Notes: generated by a model not told the origin, from the letters alone. 64,000 bases of DNA from Chloroflexota bacterium (GCA_965263075.1 CBDHGI010000006.1:402929-466928); one strand, 5' to 3'. Counted from the first letter of the stretch, positions 28,893 to 39,300 are shown. Made by a program: numbers and translations.

Positions 28893-30298
28893 TGGGAAGC
28901 CGCCGGTTCGACGCGGTAGGAATCGAAGCGGCCGGCCAGGGCGGCCGGCACGGCGCCGCGCAGGCGGGTTCCGAACTGCCCAAACGACTCGGTTTCCACG
29001 CTGCCGTGTTCGTGAAAGAGCGCGACCAGGCGGCTGGCGTCGTAGGGAATCTCAACCTCGATGTCGATCGTGCGGATTCGATGAATCTCGGCCAGCCGCT
29101 GCAGCAGATCCTGGAGACCTTCGCCCGTGGCGGCCGAGACGGCCACAGCGTTGGGGTACTCGGCCAGGTCCGGCGCGGACGCAATATCCACCTTGTTTAG
29201 CGCCGTGACGACCGGCCGCCGCGCGGCTCCGATGTCGCGCAGGGTGTCGTGCACGACCTGTACCTGACGCTCGAAAGCGGGATTCGCCAGGTCGACGACG
29301 TGAATCATCACGTCGGCTTCCAAAGCCTCTTCCAGCGTTCCGCGGAAGGCCTGGACCAGGCGGGTGGGCAGGCGCTGGATGAAGCCGACCGTGTCGGTAA
29401 TCAGTATCGCGCCACCTTCTGGCAGGGCGACGCTGCGTGTCGTGGGGTCCAGCGTGGCGAAAAGGCGATCTTCCGTGTGGACGTCGGCGCCGCTGAGGGC
29501 GTTGAGCAGACTGCTCTTGCCGGCGTTCGTGTAGCCGACCAGGGCCGCGGTCATGAATCCCGCCTCGCGCCTCCGGGCGCGGCCCCTGGCCCGGCGCGCT
29601 CGCACCGAGGCCAACCGCTGGTCCAGCATTGCCATCCGTCCCCGGTAGAGGCGACGGTCGGTTTCGATCTGGGTTTCGCCCGGACCTCGGAAGGGTCCGA
29701 TGCCGCCGCGCTGTCGCGAGTATTGGGCCCATAGCTCTGACAGTCGGGGCAACAGGTACTCCAGCTGGGCACGCTCGACCTGCAGGTGACCTTCCACCGT
29801 GCGGGCACGGGCGGCAAAGATGTCGAGGATCACGCCGGTACGGTCAAGGACCTTGCCCTTGAACGTATTCTCCAAGTTGCGCTGCTGGCGGGGCTTCAGG
29901 TCGGCGTCGATCATCAGGACGTCGGCGTCGTGAGCGCGGGCAAGGGCGATCACTTCGTCCAGCTGACCCGTGCCCATCAGCGTTGCGGCCTGCGGTCGGC
30001 GAATGCGCAGAAGGGTGCGGCCCACGACCTCGGCGCCCGCGGTCTCGACCAGTTGCACCAGTTCGTCAAGGGAAGTGTCCGCGGGCCAATCGCCAAGTTC
30101 GGGCAGACCGTCCAGGCCGACCAGAAACGCGCGTTCGGGACGCGCGTCCAACAGCCGTCCGCTGACATTCGTTTCCGACGGCCCGGTTTGCGGGCGGCCG
30201 TTAGAAGCGGACGGTGGCAATGCGCTCCAGCGCTTCGTCAAGCCGGTCGTCGGGGGTGGTGAGCGAGATGCGGAAGTGGCCCTCGCCCGCCGGGCCAA
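28889..30298 (-). CDS. hflX: GTPase HflX
   Basis: HflX N-domain (ERAFLVGL...) and G-domain GYTNAGKSSLLNAL, DTVGF, NKVD. The ORF-track start (30298) would overlap the upstream aminotransferase gene by 98 nt. The real start is probably an internal TTG/CTG near 30160. Confidence 0.8.
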   Translation of the reverse strand: MARRARATSASRSPPPTTGLTKRWSALPPSASNGRPQTGPSETNVSGRLLDARPERAFLVGLDGLPELGDWPADTSLDELVQLVETAGAEVVGRTLLRIRRPQAATLMGTGQLDEVIALARAHDADVLMIDADLKPRQQRNLENTFKGKVLDRTGVILDIFAARARTVEGHLQVERAQLEYLLPRLSELWAQYSRQRGGIGPFRGPGETQIETDRRLYRGRMAMLDQRLASVRARRARGRARRREAGFMTAALVGYTNAGKSSLLNALSGADVHTEDRLFATLDPTTRSVALPEGGAILITDTVGFIQRLPTRLVQAFRGTLEEALEADVMIHVVDLANPAFERQVQVVHDTLRDIGAARRPVVTALNKVDIASAPDLAEYPNAVAVSAATGEGLQDLLQRLAEIHRIRTIDIEVEIPYDASRLVALFHEHGSVETESFGQFGTRLRGAVPAALAGRFDSYRVEPAASQ

Positions 30299-31379
30299 AG
30301 CCCACGCCCGGCGTCACGATGACTCCAACCTCGTCGATCAGGCGTGTCGCAAACTCAACCGAGGACATACCGCCGGGAGTCGGGCTCCAGACGTAGAGGC
30401 TGGCCTTGGAGATCTCTGCCGCGACCCCGACGTTCCGCAAGGCGCTCACGACGCGGTCGCGACGGTCCTGCAGGTGGGCGTTGCGAGCGTCGATCCAGTC
30501 CTGATCGATGTCGAGGGCCGTGATCGCGGCGTGCTGTACGGCCTGGAAGATGCCCGAGTCGACGTTGGTTTTCACCCGTCCCAAGGCTTCGACCACCTCG
30601 GGGTTGCCGGCCATCCAGCCAACGCGCCAGCCGGTCATGTTGTAGGTCTTGGACAGCGAGTGGAACTCAACGGCGACGTCTCGGGCTTCTGGGATCTCGA
30701 GGATGCTGCGGCAGCGGTAGCCGTCGAACGCAACCTCCGAGTAGGCCGCGTCCTGCGCCAGGACCAGGTTGTTGGCACGGGCGAACTCGACCGCCTCCTC
30801 GAAGAACTCGAACGGAGCGACGGCCGCCGTGGGGTTGCCGGGATAGCAAAGCCAAAGCAGACGGGCATTGGCCAGCGCGTCGGCAGGAACGGCGTCGAGG
30901 TCGGGAACCCAGCCGCGTTCCGCCGTGAGGGGCAGGGAGTGGGACACTCCGCCGGCCAGCATGGCGCCGATGGCGTACACCGGATAGCCCGGGTCGGTCA
31001 TCAGCACGGTGTCGCCGGGATTGACGAGCGCCAGCGGCAGGTGGGCAATGCCCTCCTTGGATCCGATGAGCGGGACGATCTCGGTGGCGGGATCGAGGCT
31101 GACCTCGAACCGGCGCGCGTACCAGGCGGCGATGGCCTCGCGCAGTTCGTCCAAGCCGTAGTACTCGGGATAGCGGTGATTGACCGGATCGCGCGCGGCC
31201 CGTTCCAGAGCCTCGATGATTGGTTCGGGCGTGGGGAGGTCCGGGTCGCCGATGCCGAGGCTGATGACGTCCACGCCCTTGGCCCGCTTGGCGTCGCGCA
31301 GCTTGTCGAGCTCCGCGAAGAGGTAGGGCGGGAGGTTGGAAATGCGGTCGGCGAATTTGATCGTGGACTGGCTTGTCAC
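30201..31379 (-). CDS. dapL: Class I/II pyridoxal-phosphate aminotransferase, LL-diaminopimelate aminotransferase (DapL)-like
   Basis: KFADRISNLPPYLFAELDK N-terminal block and the PLP lysine region SLSKTYNMTGWRVG. Likely GTG start at 31377-31379, 1 nt from the dapF stop. The ORF track extends to 31445. Confidence 0.6.
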   Translation of the reverse strand: MTSQSTIKFADRISNLPPYLFAELDKLRDAKRAKGVDVISLGIGDPDLPTPEPIIEALERAARDPVNHRYPEYYGLDELREAIAAWYARRFEVSLDPATEIVPLIGSKEGIAHLPLALVNPGDTVLMTDPGYPVYAIGAMLAGGVSHSLPLTAERGWVPDLDAVPADALANARLLWLCYPGNPTAAVAPFEFFEEAVEFARANNLVLAQDAAYSEVAFDGYRCRSILEIPEARDVAVEFHSLSKTYNMTGWRVGWMAGNPEVVEALGRVKTNVDSGIFQAVQHAAITALDIDQDWIDARNAHLQDRRDRVVSALRNVGVAAEISKASLYVWSPTPGGMSSVEFATRLIDEVGVIVTPGVGFGPAGEGHFRISLTTPDDRLDEALERIATVRF

Positions 31380-31380
31380 T

Positions 31381-32241
31381 TCAGCGGACCTCCGCCGTGT
31401 TGTTGCTCGGCCATGCGCCTTCGAAAACCGTGGCCGCTGGTCCACGCAGAATCAGTTCGTGGCCCGGACCGTCCCAAACGACCCGCAGCCTGCCGCCCGG
31501 CATGTCGAGCTCAATCGCGCCAGGATCGATTCGGCCCTCAAGCACGGCCGCAGCCACGCAGGCGGACGCGCCGGTTCCGCAGGCCAGGGTGATGCCGGCG
31601 CCGCGTTCCCAGACGCGCGCTCTGAGATGGTTGGGGCCAACGACTTGCACGATCTCAAAGTTCACGCGTTCAGGAAAGGTTGGGTCGTGCTCGACGAGAG
31701 GTCCGATGTGCTCGAGCGGGAAGTCGTCCACAGATTCCTGGAACGTTACGGCGTGCGGGTTGCCCATGGAGACACCGGTAACCGTGAGCGTCAGACCGTC
31801 GGGTTGCAGGGTGGCGCGGCTGCCGGGACCGTCGGTCCGCATGGGGATGTTGGCGGGCTCGAAGTCGGGTACGCCCATGCCAACGGCGGCCTCGAACAAG
31901 CCGTTGACGTAGCCGCCGATCTCGAGGCGACGCGGTCCGCCGGCCGTTTCCACGATGACCGGGCCACTGGACAGCTCGCCCTGGTCGAAGAGCCACTTGG
32001 CAAAGCAGCGAATGCCGTTGCCGCACATCTCGGCGAGGGAGCCATCGGAATTCCAGATTTCCATGTGGTACGGGTGGGACGCGCCGGGACGGACGACCAG
32101 CAACTGGTCGAATCCGACGCCCATGTGCCGGTCGCCGATGGCACAAGCGATTTCGTCCAACTCCGCCGGCACGCCGTCGCGTCCGTCGAGGAGCACGAAG
32201 TCGTTGCCCGCGCCGTGCATTTTGGTGAAGGAGAGGCTCAT
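31381..32241 (-). CDS. dapF: Diaminopimelate epimerase
   Basis: FTKMHGAGNDFVLLD and the catalytic Cys blocks (MCGNGIRC ... ACGTGASA). The ATG at 32241 (MSLSFTK) gives 287 aa. The ORF track has a non-homologous N-terminal extension. Confidence 0.85.
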   Translation of the reverse strand: MSLSFTKMHGAGNDFVLLDGRDGVPAELDEIACAIGDRHMGVGFDQLLVVRPGASHPYHMEIWNSDGSLAEMCGNGIRCFAKWLFDQGELSSGPVIVETAGGPRRLEIGGYVNGLFEAAVGMGVPDFEPANIPMRTDGPGSRATLQPDGLTLTVTGVSMGNPHAVTFQESVDDFPLEHIGPLVEHDPTFPERVNFEIVQVVGPNHLRARVWERGAGITLACGTGASACVAAAVLEGRIDPGAIELDMPGGRLRVVWDGPGHELILRGPAATVFEGAWPSNNTAEVR

Positions 32242-32392
32242 GAACCGCCGTGACTTCCGCGAGTGCCGGTGCCGCTCGAAGCGAGAACCGGGATGCTCCA
32301 GCATGCGGGACTCAGCTTTTGCATGGCCAGCCTACTTGGTGACCGGACGACTGCGCGGGCAAGGGCCATAAATCCGGCGTCCTTGCGCGTAT

Positions 32393-32416
32393 AAGAGTTT
32401 TTTCCAAAAAACTCTT
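32393..32416. promoter_or_regulatory. Perfect AT-rich palindrome AAGAGTTTTTT-cc-AAAAAACTCTT in the divergent intergenic region between dapF and the VanZ-like genes. Candidate operator or binding site.
   Basis: Read directly from the sequence. Preceded by TATAAG. It is the only strongly AT-rich element in a ~470-bp GC-rich intergenic region. Confidence 0.45.
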
Positions 32417-32713
32417 GAGGTAATTCGGGGCGCTTTGGGCCGATGAATCGCGACGCTGGGCGAGGGTTGATGGGTCCTGGCACGGCACGGCGTCGCCGGG
32501 CGAGGGTTTCGGCGACGCCCTTCGACAGGCTCAGGGCGAACGGGGGGTGGGCGGGAGGCATCCGGAATTGAGGTTGCGGGGACATCGAGGTTATTGTACA
32601 CTAGTAGTGGACACAACGCAATCACCGTGTCCGCGGGCAGTCGGCGAGGGCTGCCGGAAGGGCAGGGCCCGTCATGTCGCGGCTGCTGACGGCAGCCGGC
32701 GTGGAGTGACGCC

Positions 32714-33286
32714 ATGAGGTTGTTCGCATCCCGGCGGGAGCGGCGGTTGTGGTTGTGGACGCTGGCAGTGGTCGTGGCGATCTACTCGACGCTGGGGCTG
32801 ACGGGCACGCTTGCCGAGTGGCTGCGGGAGCACGGTTTTTTGGACGCCGCCGTGTTCTTTCTGCTTGGCATGTTCCTGGTGGGCGCCACGATCATCACGC
32901 AAGGGGTCAGGGTACGGATCGGCAAAGCCGAGATCGCCGTGGCGATGGGAGTTGTGGCCGCGTATCTGATGGTGTTCACAAGAATGGCGATCCTGGAAGA
33001 GCGCTCGCACCTGATCGAATACGGAGTGCTAGGCGTGTTCATCCACGAGGCGCTGGCCGAGCGGGTGAGGCAGGGTCGGCGAGTGCCTCTGCCGCCGCTG
33101 CTGGCCGTCCTGGCGACAGCAACTCTGGGGGTAATCGACGAGGGCATTCAGTGGTTTCTGCCCACCCGTGTGTTCGATCCGCAGGACATCCTGTTCAACC
33201 TGCTGGCGGGCACGATGGCGATTGGCGCCGTCATGGTCCTGGCATGGGCGCGGCGGCGAACGAGTCGCGCCAGACGCGGCACGTAG
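32714..33286 (+). CDS. VanZ-like family membrane protein (paralog 1)
   Basis: 190 aa, 4 TM. VanZ-type block VIDEGIQWFLPTRVFDPQDILFNLLAG. Confidence 0.65.
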   Translation: MRLFASRRERRLWLWTLAVVVAIYSTLGLTGTLAEWLREHGFLDAAVFFLLGMFLVGATIITQGVRVRIGKAEIAVAMGVVAAYLMVFTRMAILEERSHLIEYGVLGVFIHEALAERVRQGRRVPLPPLLAVLATATLGVIDEGIQWFLPTRVFDPQDILFNLLAGTMAIGAVMVLAWARRRTSRARRGT

Positions 33287-33289
33287 ACC

Positions 33290-33907
33290 ATGAACTGGTT
33301 TTCCTCGCCTCGGGAACGGCGCCTGTGGCTGTGGAGTGCTGCTGTCGTGGCGGCGATCTACTCCACGCTCGGACTGGCGGGGACGCTAGCCGAGACCCTC
33401 CGCGAATACGAGCTGCTGGACGCCTCGGCCCTGGTCCTGTTTGCCATGTTCCTGCTGGGGGCAACGATCTTCACGCTGGGCATCAGGATGCGGCCCCGCG
33501 GGGCGGAGATCGCAGTGCTCCTCGGCCTCACATTCGTTTACCTGCTGCTGTTCCTGCGCACTACGGTGAGTCCGGCGGAGCGCACGCACCTGATGGAGTA
33601 CGGCGTGCTGGGCGTGTTCATTCACGAAGCGCTGGTCGAGCGGGCAAGCCAGGGGCGGCGCGTTCCCGTTCCCGCGGTGGTGGCTGTGGTCTCGGCCGCG
33701 GCAATTGGTGTGGTGGACGAGGGGATCCAATGGTTCTTGCCGAATCGAGTGTTCGACCCAGTGGACATGCTGTTCAACTTTTTGGCGGCTACGACGTCGG
33801 TAGCGGCGGTTGTCGCGCTGGCGTGGGCTCGGAGGTGGACCTTGCGACGACTCCGACGCCCAGGGGCCAGCGGTGGTCGGCGGCGAGGTGGTGGAGGGCG
33901 GCGTTGA
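33290..33907 (+). CDS. VanZ-like family membrane protein (paralog 2; the C-terminal Arg/Gly tail is encoded antisense to a miaA remnant)
   Basis: 205 aa and collinear with paralog 1 (VVDEGIQWFLPNRVFDPVDMLFNFLAA). Separated from it by 3 nt. Confidence 0.65.
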   Translation: MNWFSSPRERRLWLWSAAVVAAIYSTLGLAGTLAETLREYELLDASALVLFAMFLLGATIFTLGIRMRPRGAEIAVLLGLTFVYLLLFLRTTVSPAERTHLMEYGVLGVFIHEALVERASQGRRVPVPAVVAVVSAAAIGVVDEGIQWFLPNRVFDPVDMLFNFLAATTSVAAVVALAWARRWTLRRLRRPGASGGRRRGGGGRR

Positions 33908-34210
33908 AGTCGATGGCGGCGGCGCGGTCGGGGGCGAGTGGCGGGGCGCCGAGCGGGGGGCTCGTCAGCAGGGACTGGATGTAGACGCCGGTGCCGCCGA
34001 CGCCGACCGGAACCTTTCGGCGGGGCTTGATAGCAGCGCGGGCGATGCCTGCCGACCGGGGCGTGCTGAAGACTTAGAGTGGGCCATTTATGTCAACCAG
34101 ATGGTGGGGTACGCGTCTTCGTTCGGCGACTGGTGGCGTGGCGGTGCCGATGTCGAGGCCGCGGTAGAGCTTGCGGGCGGTGGGATGACGCGGTGGGTGG
34201 AATTGCCAAG
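33880..34210 (-). pseudogene. miaA (tRNA dimethylallyltransferase) remnant, copy 1. Internally deleted, with the N-terminal third joined to the last ~20 codons.
   Basis: DNA-level similarity to the intact miaA. 33880-33960 matches 35200-35280, 33960-34030 matches 35770-35850, and 34040-34200 matches 35890-36010 (e.g. tatgtcaaccagatggtggggtacgcg vs tatgtcaactaggtgatggggtagacg). No intact frame. Confidence 0.6.
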
Positions 34211-34652
34211 GCGGCGTGGATGGGCTCGTCGGACTCCGCACCGGCAATCCGAGGAACCCGGCTCCGCGCAGACAAGGCCAGCGGCCACAAGTGACAGGGA
34301 ATGGCCGGGTTAACGTGGTGATGCAGTCAACGTGAGCTTTAGTTCACGCTGAGGTCTGGCGGAAAGGACCCTGTGAAGGGACGGACGCGGTCGGCGTGGC
34401 GCGCGACATCGACGGCACTCAGGTTCTAGCCGATCGCCGTTGCGGTATTTTTGGCGGCGGCACTGGGGGCGGCGGCCTGCGGACCGGGTGAACGAGATGA
34501 TGTCGAATCGCCTAATCGCGGAAAGCCTGACGGACGAGGAACTTCAGTGCTCTCAATCGAAGCTGTGGAAGTACGCGGAGGTCGTGCACTAGCGTCGAAG
34601 AGCCGCGTAAGGTCAGGCGAACAGACGGCGTTCGTTACCCACGGAGGAAGCG

Positions 34653-34895
34653 ATGCGAAAGTCGATTGGCGCGGCTACGGCTGCGTTGGTGGTGGCCGGG
34701 ACGGCCTTCATGGCGTGCGGGGGCACGTCGGAAGACGAGTGGGCACGCGAACAGGTTTACCGGCACTCGCATACCCATGCCGTGATCAATTGCGTTCAGA
34801 CAGAGATGCATCTGCGCGGTCGGCAGGGTCTTGAGGTGACCGACGAAGACCGCTGGACGATCGAGGTGGAGTGCAGAGGCAGGCTCAAACGATAA
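34653..34895 (+). CDS. Small secreted/lipoprotein-like hypothetical protein (80 aa), possibly the 5' part of a disrupted larger gene
   Basis: Strong Shine-Dalgarno GGAGGAAG 4 nt upstream of the ATG. Signal peptide MRKSIGAATAALVVAGTAFMACGG. Stops 4 nt before a cadherin-like ORF fragment in another frame. Confidence 0.4.
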   Translation: MRKSIGAATAALVVAGTAFMACGGTSEDEWAREQVYRHSHTHAVINCVQTEMHLRGRQGLEVTDEDRWTIEVECRGRLKR

Positions 34896-34899
34896 GCCA

Positions 34900-35193
34900 G
34901 TGAGCCGCGAGATCAACCGCGACTACGCACCCGTGGGATCCGCGGCACCCGACGCCACCGTGGCGGCGGGCGCGCTGGATCATGACTCCACGTCGACCTA
35001 TGCCCTGACGCTGACGGCGACCGACGCCCACCGCGGCACGGCCACCACCACAGTGAGCGTGGCGGTGACGGACGTGCCGCCCGCGCCGGAACTCGGGGCG
35101 GCCAGCTACGCCTTCACGGTGGCCGAGGACACGGCCGTCGCCACCCAGGTCGGGACGATCCGGGCCACGGTCGCCGTGACCAGCGGGGGCTGA
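34900..35193 (+). pseudogene. Fragment of a cadherin-repeat surface protein gene (no start codon; truncated)
   Basis: YALTLTATDAHRGTATTTVSVAVTDVPPAPE ... ASYAFTVAEDTAVATQVGTIRATV matches the cadherin repeat consensus (Y.L.V.A.D..G...T..V.I.V.DVND..P.F....Y...V.E....G..V..V.A.D). The frame opens without an initiator. Confidence 0.5.
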
Positions 35194-35199
35194 TTGGGG

Positions 35200-36138
35200 C
35201 TACCGGAGGTCGGCGGCGAGGTGGTGGAGGGCGGTCTTGAGTGCGGTGTCGGGTGGGTGCCAGTGGGTGGGGAGTTGGTGGCGGAACCAGGTGCGTTGGC
35301 GGCGGGCGTATTGGCGGGTGCGGATGGTGGTGCGTTCGATGGCCTCGGACAATGTGAGCTGGCCGTCGAGGTGGGCCAGCGTTTCGGCGTAGCCGACGCC
35401 GGTCAGGGCCGGGAGGGTGCGGTCGTAGCCCTGATCGCGGAGCCGGCGGGCTTCGTCGAGGAGGCCGTTCTGGAACATGTGCGCGGTGCGCTGGGCGATG
35501 CGGTCGGCCAGCGTTGCGGGTTCGACTTCCAAGCCGAGGACATAAGCCGGGATGGGACGAGTGGCCGAGGGCTGGCTTTCGGGCGCGGTCTCGTGGCGCC
35601 GGGACTCTGCGATTTCCAGGGCACGGATCAGGCGGCGGGGGTTGTTGAGGTCGATGGAGGCGGCACGGTCGGGGGCAATTTCGCGCAGGCGGTCGATCAG
35701 GAGTTCAGGTCCCTCGGCTTGGAGTTGGCACGTCAGGCGTTGGCGTAGCTCGGGATCGGGCGGTGTCGCGCCGAGCGGGGAGCCGGTGAGCAGGGCCTGG
35801 ATGTAGAAGCCGGTGCCGCCGACGAGGACCGGAATGGCTCGCCGTGACCTGATTGCATTGATTGCCGTGCGTGCGATGCGGGCAAAGCGGTGAGCGCTGA
35901 ATGATTGGTCAGGGTCGATTATGTCAACTAGGTGATGGGGTAGACGCCGCCGCTCGGCCCGCGTGGGTTTGGCCGTGCCCACGTCCAGGCCTCGGTAGAC
36001 CTGCCGGGAGTCGGCGGAGATGACTTCGATGGACGCGTGTTCGGTCAGCTCCAGGGTAAGGCTGGTTTTGCCGGTGGCGGTGGGTCCGGCGATGACGAGG
36101 AGCGGCGGACGTTGGACGTCCTGAGTTACGTGCAGCAA
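35200..36138 (-). CDS. miaA: tRNA dimethylallyltransferase (tRNA delta(2)-isopentenylpyrophosphate transferase)
   Basis: LLVIAGPTATGKTSLTLELTEHASIEVISADSRQVYRGLDVGTAKPT (P-loop and MiaA signature). 312 aa, intact. Confidence 0.9.
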   Translation of the reverse strand: MLHVTQDVQRPPLLVIAGPTATGKTSLTLELTEHASIEVISADSRQVYRGLDVGTAKPTRAERRRLPHHLVDIIDPDQSFSAHRFARIARTAINAIRSRRAIPVLVGGTGFYIQALLTGSPLGATPPDPELRQRLTCQLQAEGPELLIDRLREIAPDRAASIDLNNPRRLIRALEIAESRRHETAPESQPSATRPIPAYVLGLEVEPATLADRIAQRTAHMFQNGLLDEARRLRDQGYDRTLPALTGVGYAETLAHLDGQLTLSEAIERTTIRTRQYARRQRTWFRHQLPTHWHPPDTALKTALHHLAADLR

Positions 36139-36309
36139 GGCACCTCCACCTTGTATCGAGTCATGGGCAGGAGTCAGATTCCGGATGTTCCCACGGCTTT
36201 GAGCTATCCGACGAGGCCTCAGACGTCGGGTCGTGAGTGCTCGTTGGCGACGGGTGCTTCAAATGGACTGTAACGTCGGATTGGGCCCTTCGGCTGGAGC
36301 CATTGACGT

Positions 36310-39300
36310 CTAGCGTTGGCTCTGGCCGTTATTCCTGATCTGGGTGCCGAATTCCTCCCAACTCGCCTGTCCATCTCCATCAAAGTCCACAGTGAGAGAC
36401 GGGTACTGACTGGCCGAGCCAAAGTCCCAAACATCCGTCAGTTCAGCGGCCATTGGATACGCAAAGATCGGAATCCCAGGTCCGACTGAGTGGCGCCACG
36501 GCGCATATATCCCTGCGTAATCCGTGGGCTCCTGCAACTCCGAGCCGGTCTTGCCGACGATTTGCACATTTCCGTCCCACCACCGCCTGGGAAAATGGGC
36601 AGCATTGGTTGGTTCATTCCTGCCGAACCCAACTGACTGACCCGTTGCCTGCGTGTCCCATAAACTGTTTATCACAGCGCTCAGATTCACTCCAACCAGG
36701 CCTCCCACCAGGTCGTCTCCTACGACATAGGCCGTGGTATAGCTGTCGATGATCACAGCGGGCCTCTGGCTCCCCCCGTTCCAACCCACGAGTCCGCCAA
36801 CATGCCGCTGGCCGGAGACGCTACCCATGGAATAGCTGACAAGGACGTCGTACCCATTGTTTCCGACCAGTCCACCCACGGTTTCGCCACCAGACACTTC
36901 GGTGTTCGCGTAGCTTGAATCTATCGTGTCGAAGTTGTATCCAACCAGTCCGCCAACTGACTCCCTACCCGTCACCTGTCCGGTCGCGTAGCTGGCGCGC
37001 ACCTTGCCTCCATTCCCGCCGACTAGGCCGCCAACAACCTCGTCTCCAGCGACGATTCCGGAAGCGTATGTTGCATGGAGCGTTCCATACAGCAGTCCGA
37101 TGAGGCCTCCCACATAGTCTGTGCCTTTGACATCCACCTCTGCGTAACTTGATTCTATTTGCCATCCCTGAATAGCATTCTCCGAGTCCTGGTTGTACCC
37201 CACAAGTCCGCCAACGTGGGTAGTTCCTGATACCAGGCCGGTGGCATAGCTATGACTGATGATGCCCCGATTCTCTCCGACCAAAGAGCCTACCGACGCC
37301 AGGCCAGTGACGAGCACATCATTGAGGCCAATACCGCGAATGACCGCGGAAGAACCTGTGAACCCGAAGAGTCCGGCTGCCCCGGCATCTTCCAGAAACG
37401 TCGTTCTGTTGACGAAGAGACTCCGAATGGTATGTCCATTGCCTTCAAACGTGGCAGAAAACGAAGTCTCGCTTGATCCAACCCCTATGGGTAACCAACC
37501 ACTGCCCCTTGTCCACAGAGGGTTTACCACGCCGTACGAATAGCTTTCGAGATCTTGAAAATCAAGCGGCCGGGTCAATTCGTAACCATTGCACCCGCTG
37601 CAAGGATTGGTTTCCGCAGCGGGAAAAGCCGACGCGTAAGCCTTGTCCCCGGCGCCATCGGGGATCCCATTGCCATCTAAATCGAAGCGGACGGCATTCA
37701 GCTGCTCTAGATTCGAGACTTCGATCAGTCCGTCCGAGTCAGTATCGAGACTCTGGCTAGCTGGCACGGTCGCTACCGGGGTCGTGACGGGCGCAGGTGT
37801 ATCCGGGGGCGCGGCGGACGGGGCCGTTGACGACGGTTCCCGCCCTTGCTCACCGAATTCCTGCCAGGTTGCAACGCCGTCGCCATCGAATTCGGCTTTG
37901 AGCACCGGGTACTGTTGGCTGGTACCAAAGTCCCAAAAGTCACCGGCTCCCGTTTCCAAGGTATAGTCACCATCAGCATTGTCCAGATCGATGTTCCAGG
38001 CACTGAAGACTCCAGTGAATCCGGCGGGCGATTGAAGCTCGGCCGTGGTCTTGCCAGAATTCGTCGGGACATTGCCATCGCCAGTGCCGTTGGACTGACC
38101 GGATACGTCGATGTCCCAAAAACTGAGGATTAGCCGCCCAGGATTTCGTCCGGTGAGTCCGCCGACGGAAGTCTCGCCGCTCACGAACGCGGCGGCGTAG
38201 CTCGCAATTACCGTTCCCGGGCCGCCTTCGTCCCATCGGTCAACCCACGGCATCGAATTGTCACCGACGAGACCTCCAACGACCACTGATCCCGACACGC
38301 TTCCGGTGGCAAAGCTGGCGATGATAGACCCTGAATTGGCTCCGGCGATACCTCCAGCAGCTTCGTGTCCCGACACATCCCCGGTGGCGTAACTGGCCGT
38401 GACGTTGCTCGGATCGTTACCCGCGGCGTTGACTCCGACGAGACCGCCTACCCTGGAGCGTCCAGCCACGGGCCCCTTTGCATACGTGAAGGCGACATGA
38501 CCTTCTTCGTTACGGCCGACCAGGCCACCAACCTCAGAGCCGCCGGTCACGTTCGCGGTGGCAAAGCTGGCGGTAACTGACGCCTTCTGGCCACGCCAAC
38601 CCTCGGTGTTCCATCCGACCAGTCCTCCTATCCGTGACTCGCCGGACGTTTCGGTTGCGGAGTGGCTAAACCTGATGAGGCGACGGTTGGTCCCAACCAA
38701 TCCACCCACATTGTTCTTGCCGCTTACCCTGCCGGTGGTGTATGAATTGAAAACGTCACCCTCGTTCGTAGCGGCCAAACCACCCACATTGTTCCCGCCA
38801 GTGATGTCTACGTTTATGACGCCAATATTTCGAATCACGCTGTCCTCTTGCACATGCGCGAAGAGTCCCGATGCCTCATTGGTACGATCGTCGAGATCCG
38901 TGACCTTGACGTAGAGGTTACTAATGACATGCTCGTTGCCATCGAATGTGGCTGGAGAGCGAAAATAGCCAAGGTCTTCAGGCTGCCAGCCTATGCCGCT
39001 CCGCCAATCCGCGTTCACGACTCCGGTCGCGTAGCTACTCGGATCTGCAAAGTCCAGCGAGCGCGTGAGCTCATATCCAAAGCAAAAGTCGCAGACCTCT
39101 TCATTGTCCTTGATGGGAAACGCTGCGTAAAACGGCTTTCGCACCGCAGGATAGTCGGGGCGTCCGTTGCCGGCCCTATCCATACCCATTGCAGCTAACT
39201 GCTCCAAATTGGAGACTTCAATCAGCCCATCGGCATCCTTGTCGTAGTTACCGTTGTCGCGTTGGATCCCAGCGATTCGACCCTGAGGGCCAAACTCCTC

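Noticed and set aside
32393-32416. AT-rich palindrome as a bidirectional intrinsic terminator
   Set aside because: The stem would be nearly all A:U with a 2-nt loop and no GC clamp. Unlikely to terminate, more plausibly a protein-binding site.
35552-35806. Plus-strand ORFs 35552..35806 and 41765..42046 sharing the peptide GGVAPSGE
   Set aside because: Antisense shadows of miaA and its decayed copy. They were useful only as a flag of DNA homology between the copies.
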